Assembly (NCBI GenBank): GCA_944368805.1
Contig: CALVXC010000003.1
Coordinates: 1-53,852, forward strand
Reading direction: 5' to 3'
Length of the DNA stretch: 53,852 nucleotides
Source: an uncultured Bacilli bacterium
Lineage (GTDB): Bacteria > Bacillota_I > Bacilli_A > RF39 > UBA660
The notes below the pieces were generated by a model. The model made no database searches. It was not told the DNA's origin and saw only the letters and a program-made list of their open reading frames with translations. The stretch's first letter is position 1, and each line of letters starts with the position of its first letter. This document shows positions 1-9,493 of the stretch, one piece after another. Both the position numbers and the translations under genes were made by a program.

Positions 1-110
1 TGGATTTTAATAGTAATCAAGACTATTTTGTTTTTTATAAAGATGAAACTGGAAAGCAAAGAAAAGTTTTAAAAAATGATATTAGAGTTAGAGTGGAAGT
101 AGAAAAATAA
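1..110 (+). CDS. 3' end of an unidentified CDS that starts upstream of the window
   Basis: Open frame from position 3 to TAA at 108-110 (...DYFVFYKDETGKQRKVLKNDIRVRVEVEK*). No family recognised. Confidence 0.35.
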   Translation, partial: DFNSNQDYFVFYKDETGKQRKVLKNDIRVRVEVEK

Positions 111-517
111 ACTATACATAACACACATTATACTATATTACAATGTATATTATGAAGTAGTCAGTTACACCAATACATATAAAAACCAACTAGTCATAAT
201 GTACAAACAAGGCACGTTGAATGTGTATGTGTCCTAAAACTTAGATAAAGCCTTATAAAACAAGAAAAAGCAACTATTCAGTGAATAATGAAAGAATGTG
301 AAAGTTATAAATGAAAGTAATATATTATTATATAAAAAGATGAAGGAAATTTAATGTAGATGAAATATTAAAAGATAAAATAATTGATTGGAATAAAAAT
401 ATGATGGATCTATTAGATATAATTAAGATAATATTAGTTTAATTTAAATTTATATATTCATAATATTTGTTATAATAGATGTAATTAAAATAGTAATTTT
501 GAAAGTGAGTAGATAAA

Positions 518-1189
518 ATGCGTAGTCTTAATAAATATTTTGAAAACAAGAGTATAGATTATGAAAAACTACTGAAATATGGTTTTATTTTAAATGGTAA
601 TAACTATGTTTTTGAAAAAAATATAAATAACAATTGTTTTAAAGTTATAGTAGAAATTTCAAAAACTAATCAAACATCAAAAGTTTTAGATTTATCAACT
701 AATGATGAATATGTACTTGTTGATATTAATAATTCAACTGGAGAATTTGTTGGTAAATTAAAAGAAGAGTATGAAAATATTTTAAATGATATTATTGTAA
801 AATGTACAACTCCTAATATATTTAAAAGTAAACAAGCAAATGAGATAATTAAATATATAAAGGAAAAATATAATGATGATTTAGAATATTTATGGAAGAA
901 ATTTCCGAATAATGCAATATGGAGAAATAAAAGTAATAATAAATGGTATGGAGCTTTATTAGTTATTTCAGAAAACAAGTTAGGAATTGAATCTGATAAA
1001 ATAATTGATATCATTGATTTGAGATATCAAAAAGATAAGATAAAAGAAATAGTCGATAACAAAAAAATATTTAGAGGTTATCATATGAACAAAGATAACT
1101 GGATAACTATAAGACTTGATGAAAATGTTGATATAAAACAAATTTATAAATTGATAGACAATAGTTATGAATTGTCATTAAAAAAATAA
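518..1189 (+). CDS. MmcQ/YjbR family DNA-binding protein
   Basis: 223-aa ORF. The C-terminal half (WYGALLVISENKLG...GYHMNKDNWITIRLDENVD) matches the YjbR-type fold signature. GAGT SD-like purine run upstream of the ATG. Confidence 0.7.
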   Translation: MRSLNKYFENKSIDYEKLLKYGFILNGNNYVFEKNINNNCFKVIVEISKTNQTSKVLDLSTNDEYVLVDINNSTGEFVGKLKEEYENILNDIIVKCTTPNIFKSKQANEIIKYIKEKYNDDLEYLWKKFPNNAIWRNKSNNKWYGALLVISENKLGIESDKIIDIIDLRYQKDKIKEIVDNKKIFRGYHMNKDNWITIRLDENVDIKQIYKLIDNSYELSLKK

Positions 1190-1222
1190 ATACAAATTAT
1201 AATTTAGAAATGAGATGATAAT

Positions 1223-1624
1223 TTGAAAAAATATATTCAAGTAATAGGAATATGGTTTTTGATTATACCTTTAGCTATTTTAAATGGTGGCTTAAGAGAA
1301 AATGTATTAACGAAATTAGGCGCTATTGCATTGCCTTTAAGTGGAATTATTTTAAGTGTATGTATTTTTTTAATTTCCTATTTATTAATACCTAAAATTA
1401 AAAATTGTAAATCAAAAGATTATATTATATTTGGAATTATTTGGTTTATTTTAACGAATCTATTTGATTTATTTATGTATATTAGTGAAGGAAAAAATTT
1501 TTATAACTTATTAAATTCTTACAATTTTACAAACGGTAATTTATGGATCTTGGTTGTAATTACTACACTAATATCACCAATAATTGTATCAAAAATAAAT
1601 AAATCTAAGGGGGGTGAAAAATAA
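1223..1624 (+). CDS. small integral membrane protein, unknown function
   Basis: 133-aa ORF with TTG start and four hydrophobic segments. No recognised family. Confidence 0.55.
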   Translation: MKKYIQVIGIWFLIIPLAILNGGLRENVLTKLGAIALPLSGIILSVCIFLISYLLIPKIKNCKSKDYIIFGIIWFILTNLFDLFMYISEGKNFYNLLNSYNFTNGNLWILVVITTLISPIIVSKINKSKGGEK

Positions 1625-1779
1625 TGTATAAAACTGTTGTTATTGAATATTCACCAAAATCAGATGATATGGCAAAAAAAGTAGAAAGAAAAGCGAATGA
1701 AATGTTAGAAGAAGGTTACGAGTTAGTTACTATGTCGATTACAACAACAGCAAAAGCAATTTTGGTTTTTAAAAAATAA
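1624..1779 (+). CDS. 51-aa small protein, possibly DUF4177-like (absent from the supplied ORF track)
   Basis: ATG at 1624 overlaps the upstream stop (TAATG). Strong SD AAGGGGGGTGA lies about 6 nt upstream. Translation: MYKTVVIEYSPKSDDMAKKVERKANEMLEEGYELVTMSITTTAKAILVFKK*. Confidence 0.55.
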   Translation: MYKTVVIEYSPKSDDMAKKVERKANEMLEEGYELVTMSITTTAKAILVFKK

Positions 1780-1824
1780 CTATTTAAAAATAATTATAAA
1801 ATTAATTTGAAAGGAAATTATAAT

Positions 1825-2211
1825 ATGAAATTTAATAGTCTTATACCAGAATTTAGTGTTTCTAATATAAAAAACAGTATAAAATTTTATACAGATATTG
1901 GTTTTGAAATTATTTACGAAAGAAAAGATGATAAATTTTGTTTTTTACAATTGGAAAAAAATCAAATAATGCTTGAACAAATAAACGATAATTGGAATAC
2001 TGGAATTCTTGAATATCCATTTGGTAGAGGCATAAATATAAGCATGTCTTTAGAAAATGTTGATAAATATTATAAAGAAATTATCGAAAAAGGTATAGTA
2101 GTATTTCAAAAAATAAAAGTTAATAAATATCAAGTTAATAATCGTATTTATGAAGATAAAGAATTTCTAATTCAAGATCCTGATGGTTATTTATTAAGAT
2201 TTAATAACTAG
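1825..2211 (+). CDS. VOC family protein (glyoxalase/bleomycin-resistance fold)
   Basis: Pattern SVSNIKNSIKFYTDIGFE ... FLIQDPDGYLLRF is typical of VOC/bleomycin-resistance-like proteins. Start moved to ATG 1825 behind AAAGGAAA (the ORF track begins at TTG 1807). Confidence 0.7.
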   Translation: MKFNSLIPEFSVSNIKNSIKFYTDIGFEIIYERKDDKFCFLQLEKNQIMLEQINDNWNTGILEYPFGRGINISMSLENVDKYYKEIIEKGIVVFQKIKVNKYQVNNRIYEDKEFLIQDPDGYLLRFNN

Positions 2212-2251
2212 AATTTTATAAATATTTAACAAACAAAAAGAGGTGATAATA

Positions 2252-2743
2252 ATGAATACTAAAAAAGAACAAGTTTATCAAAAATTAAATGAATTAAAAA
2301 TACCTTACAAAATCACTGAACATATTCCGGTATATACAATTGAACAGATGAAAGATATTATTATAGAAAACAGCGATAAAATTATTAAAAATTTGTTTTT
2401 AAGAAACGATAAAAAAGATAGTTATTATTTAGTTCTTTTAGAAAAAGATAAAAAAGTTAATTTAAAAACATTAAAACAAGAAATAAATTCCCGATCTCTT
2501 AGTTTTGCTAATGAAGAAGAATTAAAATATTATCTAGGTTTAAAAAAAGGATCGGTTACTCCTTTAGGAATTTTAAATGACGTTCATGCTAAAGTAAAAG
2601 TTATAATTGATAAAGACATTAAAAAACTTGAATTTGTTGGCATACATCCTAATGATAATACAGCAACTATATGGATAGAGTTAAATGATTTAGAGAAAAT
2701 TATAAAACAAAATGGTAATAAAATATTATATGTTGATATTTAA
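2252..2743 (+). CDS. YbaK/EbsC-type prolyl-tRNA editing domain protein
   Basis: NLFLRNDKKDSYYLVLL ... KKGSVTPLGILND ... IHPNDNTATI resembles the aminoacyl-tRNA deacylase (YbaK/ProX) domain. ATG 2252 follows a GAGGTGA SD. Confidence 0.7.
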   Translation: MNTKKEQVYQKLNELKIPYKITEHIPVYTIEQMKDIIIENSDKIIKNLFLRNDKKDSYYLVLLEKDKKVNLKTLKQEINSRSLSFANEEELKYYLGLKKGSVTPLGILNDVHAKVKVIIDKDIKKLEFVGIHPNDNTATIWIELNDLEKIIKQNGNKILYVDI

Positions 2744-2760
2744 TAAAGTAGGGATAAATA

Positions 2761-3231
2761 ATGAAAGAATATTGTTATACTTATGATTTTGGAATTTTAA
2801 AACTAACAATTTATAGTAATGAAAAAGGAATAACTAAAATCAGCGCCAAACAACATAATGAAATTAATTGTGTAAAAAAAGAAACACCTTTAATAAAAAA
2901 AGCTTATAAACAATTAACAGAATACTTTAGCGGTCAAAGACAGAAATTTGATTTACCTTTAATTATGAAAGGAACAGATTTTCAAATTAAAGTATGGAAA
3001 GCTTTACAAACAATTCCTTATGGTGAAGTAAGAACTTACAAACAAATAGCTGAACAAGTTAATTGTAAAAAAGGTTATCGAGCTGTTGGAATGGCTAATA
3101 ATAAAAATAAATTTGTTATTGTTGTTCCTTGTCATCGTGTTATTGGTTCTAATAAAAAATTAGTTGGTTATGATTTAGGACTAGAAATTAAACAATATTT
3201 ATTAGATTTAGAGCAAAAAGTCGTAAAATGA
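2761..3231 (+). CDS. ogt: methylated-DNA--protein-cysteine methyltransferase
   Basis: Active-site motif VVPCHRVIGSN and the upstream YGEVRTYKQIA helix. 156 aa. Ends in TGA. Confidence 0.9.
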   Translation: MKEYCYTYDFGILKLTIYSNEKGITKISAKQHNEINCVKKETPLIKKAYKQLTEYFSGQRQKFDLPLIMKGTDFQIKVWKALQTIPYGEVRTYKQIAEQVNCKKGYRAVGMANNKNKFVIVVPCHRVIGSNKKLVGYDLGLEIKQYLLDLEQKVVK

Positions 3232-3285
3232 CCTTTTTTAGTGATTTATAAACAAAATCATGGTATAATTAAAACGGTGATGTAT

Positions 3286-3645
3286 ATGAAAAATGTATTT
3301 ATTTGTTATCCAAAATGTGGAACTTGTAAAAAAGCTAAACAATTTTTAGATGAAAATAAAATTGATTATCAAATAAGAGATATTACAATTGATATACCTA
3401 GTAAAGAAGAGTTAAAAGCATGGTCTACAAAAAGTGAATTACCTTTAAAAAATTTTTTTAATACAAGTGGTTTAATGTATAAACAATTACACTTAAAAGA
3501 TAAAATATTTTTAATGTCTGATGAAGATAAATTAGAAATATTATCAAATAATGGAATGCTTATTAAAAGACCTATTTTTGTTTCTGATGATTTAGTATTA
3601 GTTGGTTTTGATGAAGAAAAATGGTCAGCTATTAAAAAATCTTAA
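3286..3645 (+). CDS. ArsC/Spx/MgsR-family thioredoxin-fold protein
   Basis: N-terminal CGTCKKAKQFL redox motif, ...LIKRPIF near the C-terminus. ATG 3286 follows GGTGA. A TGgTATAAT extended -10 at about 3261-3269 argues against the GTG 3241 start. Confidence 0.75.
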   Translation: MKNVFICYPKCGTCKKAKQFLDENKIDYQIRDITIDIPSKEELKAWSTKSELPLKNFFNTSGLMYKQLHLKDKIFLMSDEDKLEILSNNGMLIKRPIFVSDDLVLVGFDEEKWSAIKKS

Positions 3646-3671
3646 AATAATTTAGTAAACAAAAGAAGGGA

Positions 3672-5423
3672 ATGAAGCTTAATATGAAAAACCTTATTTC
3701 TTTATTAAAATATTTAAAACCTTATAAAAAATGGGCCTTTCTAGCCCCTCTTTTAATCGTTTTTGAAGTTATTATGGACTTATGTATGCCTAATATTATG
3801 GCTAATGTTATCAATATTGGAATTGGTGAAAATAATACTAATTATATTGTTTTTAATATTATTTTAATGTGTATTTTAACTATTTTAGGTATTTTAGGAA
3901 GTATTGGAAGCGCTTATTATGCCGCTAAAGCTAGTGGTTATGCAAGTGCGGATATAAGAAAAAAAGTTTTTGAAAAAATAACTAATTTATCATTTTTAAA
4001 CTTAGATAAAATAAAAACTGGTCATTTAATTACTGTTTTGACTAATGATATTACTTTAATTGGCGAAATTATAATGTATTTACTTCGTTTAATCTTTAGA
4101 ATTCCTATTATTTTAGTTGGTAGTATTTTAATGGCTATTTTAATTAGTCCTAAATTATCAATTATTTTAGTTTTTATTGTTCCTATTACGACTTTAGTTG
4201 TATCGATTTTAATGAAGAAAGCCTTTCCTAAATTCCAAGAAGTTCAAGAAAGAGTTGATGATGTAAATACTGTTGTTAGGGAAAATGTTAGTGGAATTAG
4301 AGTGGTTAAAGCCTTTGTTAATGAAAATTATGAAATTGATAAATTTGATAAAGCTAATAAAAAATTGCGCCAAATATCAGTTAAGGCTATTAGAATCATT
4401 AATGTTACTATGCCAGTTATGATGCTTTTTATCAATATTGCGATTGTCTTTGTTTTATGGTATGGTGGAATTGAAGTTATGAATAAAGATATGTTAATTG
4501 GTGATATAATTGCTTTTATCCAGTATTTATCTAATATTTTAACATCATTATTAATGGCTTCAGTTGTTATTGTTATGTTATCACATAGTGAAGCTAGTGC
4601 TTTAAGAATTAATGAAGTGTTTAATTATAAAAGTGATTTAAAAAATACTAAAAAATATAAAAAAAGTAAATTAAAAGGAAAAATTGAATTTCAAAATGTT
4701 GATTTTTCTTATGATCAAGGAAGTGGGAATCTTGTTTTAAAAAATTTGAATTTTGTTATTGATCCCGGGCAAACAATAGGAATTGTTGGTTCAACCGGTA
4801 GTGGGAAAACATCTTTAGTAAGTTTGATTGGTAGATTTTATGATATAACTAAAGGTAAAATATTAATTGATGGGGTTAACATTAAAGATTATGATTTAAA
4901 CTTTATTCGCAAACATGTTGTTTTTTCCTTACAACAACCAGTTTTATTTTCTGGTAGCATTAAAGATAATTTAAAATATACTAATAAGGATATTAGTGAT
5001 GATGAGATGATTAAAGTTTCTAAAATAGCGTGTGTACATGATTTTGTTATGGAAAAAGAAAATCATTATGATTATAAAATTGAACAAAAAGGAACTAATT
5101 TAAGCGGTGGACAAAAACAGAGAATATCTTTAGCTAGAGCTTTATTATCTAAACCAGATATTTTAGTATTAGATGATACTACAAGCGCTGTTGATATTAA
5201 TACCGATTTAGCGATACGTAAGGGTTTAAAAAAGTTTTATAACGATATTACTATTTTAATGATTTCATCTAGAATTTCAACAGTTATAAACGCTGATAAA
5301 ATTATTGTTTTAGATGAAGGACAAATAGTTGGTTTTGATACTCATGATAAGCTACTTAAAGAAAATAAGGTTTATCAAGCTATTTATAAATCACAAATAA
5401 AGGATGGTGATTTAGATGACTGA
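3672..5423 (+). CDS. ABC exporter permease/ATPase, subunit with degenerate catalytic residues
   Basis: Six-TM domain plus NBD. Walker A GSTGSGKTS, signature LSGGQKQR, Walker B LVLDD followed by T rather than E. The switch His is replaced (MISSRIST). ATG 3684 is an alternative start. Confidence 0.9.
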   Translation: MKLNMKNLISLLKYLKPYKKWAFLAPLLIVFEVIMDLCMPNIMANVINIGIGENNTNYIVFNIILMCILTILGILGSIGSAYYAAKASGYASADIRKKVFEKITNLSFLNLDKIKTGHLITVLTNDITLIGEIIMYLLRLIFRIPIILVGSILMAILISPKLSIILVFIVPITTLVVSILMKKAFPKFQEVQERVDDVNTVVRENVSGIRVVKAFVNENYEIDKFDKANKKLRQISVKAIRIINVTMPVMMLFINIAIVFVLWYGGIEVMNKDMLIGDIIAFIQYLSNILTSLLMASVVIVMLSHSEASALRINEVFNYKSDLKNTKKYKKSKLKGKIEFQNVDFSYDQGSGNLVLKNLNFVIDPGQTIGIVGSTGSGKTSLVSLIGRFYDITKGKILIDGVNIKDYDLNFIRKHVVFSLQQPVLFSGSIKDNLKYTNKDISDDEMIKVSKIACVHDFVMEKENHYDYKIEQKGTNLSGGQKQRISLARALLSKPDILVLDDTTSAVDINTDLAIRKGLKKFYNDITILMISSRISTVINADKIIVLDEGQIVGFDTHDKLLKENKVYQAIYKSQIKDGDLDD

Positions 5424-7164
5424 AGAAGTAAAAGTTAATCATCCGAAAAAAACTTTATTACGTTTATGGAGTTATTTAAAAAAACATCGTTTTAAAATGA
5501 TAATTGTTACAATAATGATAATTATTATGACCTTAACCAGTGTTTTAGGACCTCTTTTAATGAGTTATATTTTAGATGATTTTATTGGCTCTGGCAAAAT
5601 CGAAGGGTTTATTTGGATAATTTTACTTTTAGGTTTTATTTATTTCATAAATTCTTTATTTGATTTTTTGGCTAATTTTATTATGGTTAAAGTTTCAGAA
5701 GATACACTTTATAATATTCGCAAAGATTTATTTAACCATATGGAAAACTTATCTTTAAATTTTTTTGACACTAATAAAAAAGGCGATTTAATGAGTCGTT
5801 TTACTAATGATATTACAATTATTAGTAATGCTTTAAGTGAAGCGGCTATTCAAATAATTAGTAGTACAATTACTTTAATCGGTGTAACAATTATTATGTT
5901 TGCTTTTAATCCTACTTTAGCTATTACAACGATTGTGCCAGTACCACTTCTTTTTGTACTTGCTTTATTAATTGGTAAAAAAGCTGGTAATTATTTTTTA
6001 GATCAACAAAATAATTTAGGTAAATTAAATAGTTATGCTGAAGAAACGATTACGGGAATGAAAGTAGTTAAAAGTTATGTTAAAGAAAAAGAAGTATTAC
6101 TTGATTTTGATAAATATAATGATGATTTAAAAAAATCGGTTGTTAAAGCTCAATTATACGCTAATTTAATTATGCCGGCTAATTTAATTGTAACAAACAT
6201 TGGAAATATTTTATTAATTGCTGTTGGTTCTTTTATGATTATAAATGGAAATACTACAATTGGAGGTTTATTAGCTTTTCTTACATATGCTTCAATGTTC
6301 CGTCAACCGATAAACCAATTAGCTAGTTTGTTTGCATCGGTTAATGAAGGTTTGGCTGGTGCTGAAAGAGTTTTTGAAGTTATTGATACGGAAATAGATA
6401 TTAAAGAAAAAACAGAAGCAATTAATTTGGAACGTATAAATGGTAATGTTGTTTTAGAAAATGTAACTTTTGGTTATACGGACGATAAAGTTGTTTTAAA
6501 AAATATTAATTTAGAAGTTAAAAAAGGTCAAACGATTGCTATTGTTGGTAAAACAGGAGCTGGAAAGACAACAATAGCCAATTTGTTACCACGTTTTTAC
6601 GATGTTAATTCTGGGACAATTAAAATTGATGGAATAGATATTAAAGATGTAACTTTAAAAAGTCTACGTCAAAAGATTGATATTGTTTTGCAAGATACAT
6701 ATTTATTTAAAGGAACGATTAAAGATAATATTAGTTATGGTAAAATGAATGCTACAATTGACGAAGTGAAAAAAGCTAGTCAAAAAGCTTGTGCTCATTC
6801 GTTTATTAGACGGTTACCAAATGGTTATGATTCTTTAGTTTTAGAAGAGGGAAGTAATTTATCTCAAGGTGAACGACAATTGATTTCAATCGCACGAGCT
6901 ATTTTAGCTGATCCTGATATTTTAATTTTAGATGAAGCTACTAGTAATATTGATACTAAAACAGAATTAGAAATAAATCATGGTATGAAAGAATTGTTAA
7001 AAGGAAGAACTAGTTTTGTTATTGCTCATCGTCTATCAACAATTAGAGATGCTGATGAAATTGTTGTTATTGATAGTGGTAAAATTGTTGAACGTGGTAA
7101 TCATCATGAATTATTACAGAAAAAAGGATATTATTATAAACTGTATAAAGGTCAATTTGAATAG
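5416..7164 (+). CDS. ABC exporter permease/ATPase, canonical catalytic subunit
   Basis: Walker A GKTGAGKTT, Walker B LILDEATS, H-loop IAHRLST, divergent signature LSQGERQ. Overlaps the upstream gene by 8 nt. Confidence 0.9.
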   Translation: MTEEVKVNHPKKTLLRLWSYLKKHRFKMIIVTIMIIIMTLTSVLGPLLMSYILDDFIGSGKIEGFIWIILLLGFIYFINSLFDFLANFIMVKVSEDTLYNIRKDLFNHMENLSLNFFDTNKKGDLMSRFTNDITIISNALSEAAIQIISSTITLIGVTIIMFAFNPTLAITTIVPVPLLFVLALLIGKKAGNYFLDQQNNLGKLNSYAEETITGMKVVKSYVKEKEVLLDFDKYNDDLKKSVVKAQLYANLIMPANLIVTNIGNILLIAVGSFMIINGNTTIGGLLAFLTYASMFRQPINQLASLFASVNEGLAGAERVFEVIDTEIDIKEKTEAINLERINGNVVLENVTFGYTDDKVVLKNINLEVKKGQTIAIVGKTGAGKTTIANLLPRFYDVNSGTIKIDGIDIKDVTLKSLRQKIDIVLQDTYLFKGTIKDNISYGKMNATIDEVKKASQKACAHSFIRRLPNGYDSLVLEEGSNLSQGERQLISIARAILADPDILILDEATSNIDTKTELEINHGMKELLKGRTSFVIAHRLSTIRDADEIVVIDSGKIVERGNHHELLQKKGYYYKLYKGQFE

Positions 7165-7182
7165 TTTAATTTTAAAATAATT

Positions 7183-7213
7183 AAAAATACTTAACGGTTT
7201 GTTAAGTATTTTT
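7183..7213. terminator. bidirectional intrinsic terminator
   Basis: Perfect 13-bp stem AAAAATACTTAAC / GTTAAGTATTTTT with a 5-nt loop, between convergent genes. A/T runs on both sides. Confidence 0.8.
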
Positions 7214-9146
7214 ATCTATTTTCTACTTTAATTAATTTAGCATGCATAACTACGCGATGGTCATAATTATCTTGACAAGTTGATAAAGTTAAAATTTTAT
7301 CATTAGTATTAACATCAGCATTAAAGCTAAAGACGCTACGATTTTTTAAGGTTGTTAAAAATTGATTATATTGATTAGTAGTAGGGAAATCAGTTGTTAT
7401 ATAATAACTTTCAGCTTCAATAGCGTAAACACTAAATACTTGCCATAAAGTATTTTGTGTAGGAGTTGATAATTTAACAACATGGTTATCAGAGTTATTA
7501 TACCAATCGCTAGTTAAAATGTTTTTAAGTGATCCGAACATTGTTGTATCTAACCTTCCATGACCATAAATAATATTATTTCTACTTAAATTATTTAAAT
7601 CATTACGATAATCAGCAAAGATCCAACCAGCATTATTGTATGAACCATCAAAAGCATGGTGTAGATAATAATCATTATCACCAGATTGAACAATTGGATA
7701 ATTTATATTAGTACCATTAACTTGAATCCAACCGACAGTATCTTGATTAATAGCTAATAATTCATCAAAATCAACATTGATTAAAGACATTTGCATATAT
7801 TTCCAATAATCACTTAAATCAGTTGTTCCATCTTCCTCTGGTGGATTAACTGCTTCACCGCCCTCTTGTTCTTCTACTTCGACTTTTTCTTGAATATCTT
7901 CATTAAGTTTTTCGGTTTTATTTCCATCGATATACCATTTTAATAAGAAATAGCCACCAACAGCAGCAATTAAAATTGAAGCAATTAAGATGAATGTATA
8001 AAAATTGAATTTCTTTCGACGTTTTTCTTTTTGACTAGGCGATAAATTTTCATTAGAATTAGCAATAGGTGTTGCATTAATAGTTTCTAAAGGTTTGTTT
8101 GGCTGTTCGATTATTTCGCTATTTATTTTTTCTAAAGGTGTTATTACTAGTTTTTGATCACTAATTTTAATTGTTTGGTCAAAGAAAAGAAAAAGATTAA
8201 TTAACGACTGACTTTTTAATGGTAATGGGTTATTTGTTTTAATGCAATCTTTTAGTTCACTTTCCTTTAAATAGAAAATAAATTTATCGATTGAATTTAT
8301 TACATAAGGTATTTTTATGTTATTGTATTTAGGTATTTCTTGGTTTAATCGATTAGTAAAATAATTAACTAAAATATTTTTATTAGTAATATCTAAAGGC
8401 GTCATTAAATCAGGATTACTAGTTTTAACTACTTTATAACCAAGAGTTTCGTTTTTATTTGTTTCTTTAAAAACACGAATTTCTTCTTGACGTTGTTCTA
8501 AAGCAAAAACATAAATAGTATTAGTAATATTTAATCTATAAAAAACGGTATACAATTTATTTTTAAAGGTTAGTGGACGATTGCTAATAAGTGGTTCAGC
8601 TTTAATGATTAGTGGTGTTGTAGGTGCTTGTGTTGTAATAGTTTTTTCATTTATAGTAGATGTTTGATTTTGTGTAAGTTCTTGGGGTGTAGTAGATGTT
8701 TGAACTGTTGGAGATATAGTCTTATTTGGATCTTCAACAGTAATTGTTTTGCTTAAAAATAAATTTAAATTATCTAAACTTTGATTAGTTAAGCGATACG
8801 GAATATTATCGTTAATATAATATTTCAAATCACTTTCTTGAACATAAAAAATAAATTTTTTAATACTTCTTATAATATTATCATAGCTAATATTAGATGT
8901 TTGTAATATTAAAGGTTTTATTTGGTTCATAAAATAATTTATAATAGTAGTTTTATTTAATTCCCATGGCAAAAAAGAACTATTATTACTATATTCATCA
9001 AAAACAATTGTTTGATTTTGAACGTGTTCAGTTAAACATTTAAAATCAAATTTATCATCAATAACAAATATGTATTTAGTAGTTCCTAGGGTAATATAGT
9101 CTAAAACAGTATATATTATATTGTTAAAAGTTATTTTTTGTCTCAT
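7212..9146 (-). CDS. srtB: class B sortase with a long, internally duplicated N-terminal (predicted cytoplasmic) extension
   Basis: C-terminal domain DTVGWIQVNGTNINYPIVQ, IIYGHG (His), TLSTC (Cys), RVVMHAKL (Arg). Single TM FNFYTFILIASILIAAVGGYFLL preceded by KEKRRKK. Start placed at ATG 9146 (MRQKITF); the ORF track starts at 9182. Confidence 0.85.
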   Translation of the reverse strand: MRQKITFNNIIYTVLDYITLGTTKYIFVIDDKFDFKCLTEHVQNQTIVFDEYSNNSSFLPWELNKTTIINYFMNQIKPLILQTSNISYDNIIRSIKKFIFYVQESDLKYYINDNIPYRLTNQSLDNLNLFLSKTITVEDPNKTISPTVQTSTTPQELTQNQTSTINEKTITTQAPTTPLIIKAEPLISNRPLTFKNKLYTVFYRLNITNTIYVFALEQRQEEIRVFKETNKNETLGYKVVKTSNPDLMTPLDITNKNILVNYFTNRLNQEIPKYNNIKIPYVINSIDKFIFYLKESELKDCIKTNNPLPLKSQSLINLFLFFDQTIKISDQKLVITPLEKINSEIIEQPNKPLETINATPIANSNENLSPSQKEKRRKKFNFYTFILIASILIAAVGGYFLLKWYIDGNKTEKLNEDIQEKVEVEEQEGGEAVNPPEEDGTTDLSDYWKYMQMSLINVDFDELLAINQDTVGWIQVNGTNINYPIVQSGDNDYYLHHAFDGSYNNAGWIFADYRNDLNNLSRNNIIYGHGRLDTTMFGSLKNILTSDWYNNSDNHVVKLSTPTQNTLWQVFSVYAIEAESYYITTDFPTTNQYNQFLTTLKNRSVFSFNADVNTNDKILTLSTCQDNYDHRVVMHAKLIKVENR

Positions 9147-9357
9147 ATTATCACACCCATAAAACCCTTTTTTCTCTCGCAAAAAAAGATAAAGATTTCA
9201 CTTATCAATATAGCATATTTAACTACAAAAGTAAAGATATCTTATTATTTTAATAATATTAGTTAAATTATAAAAAAGTCCAGAATATACTGTTATAAAA
9301 ATGGAAATTAGTTTTAATTTGAATAATCCAAAGAGTTGCAATTTGTAATGGATTATC

Positions 9358-9386
9358 TTGACAAGTTAATATATTTGTGGTAATAT
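9358..9386 (+). promoter_or_regulatory. sigma-A-type promoter for the surface-protein gene
   Basis: TTGACA (9358-9363), 17-nt spacer, TAATAT (9381-9386). About 100 nt upstream of the ATG at 9494. Confidence 0.55.
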
Positions 9387-9493
9387 AATTCCTCGAAAAG
9401 AAGGGGGCTAATAGGTAATACAATTAAATATTTTTAATAATTTAGTTTAGAACCCTAAGCTTTTCAAAAATAAGGGGTTTTGGAGGGATAGTT

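Noticed and set aside
670-1014. 114-aa ORF antisense to the YjbR-family gene
   Set aside because: It lies entirely within, and opposite to, a gene with a recognisable family signature. Its composition (Leu/Ile/Ser/Phe-rich) is typical of antisense frames in AT-rich DNA. I saw no SD.
518-7164. The detoxification/repair/efflux cluster considered as a genomic island or mobile element
   Set aside because: I saw no integrase, transposase, flanking direct repeats or tRNA target. Its composition also looks like the rest of the window.
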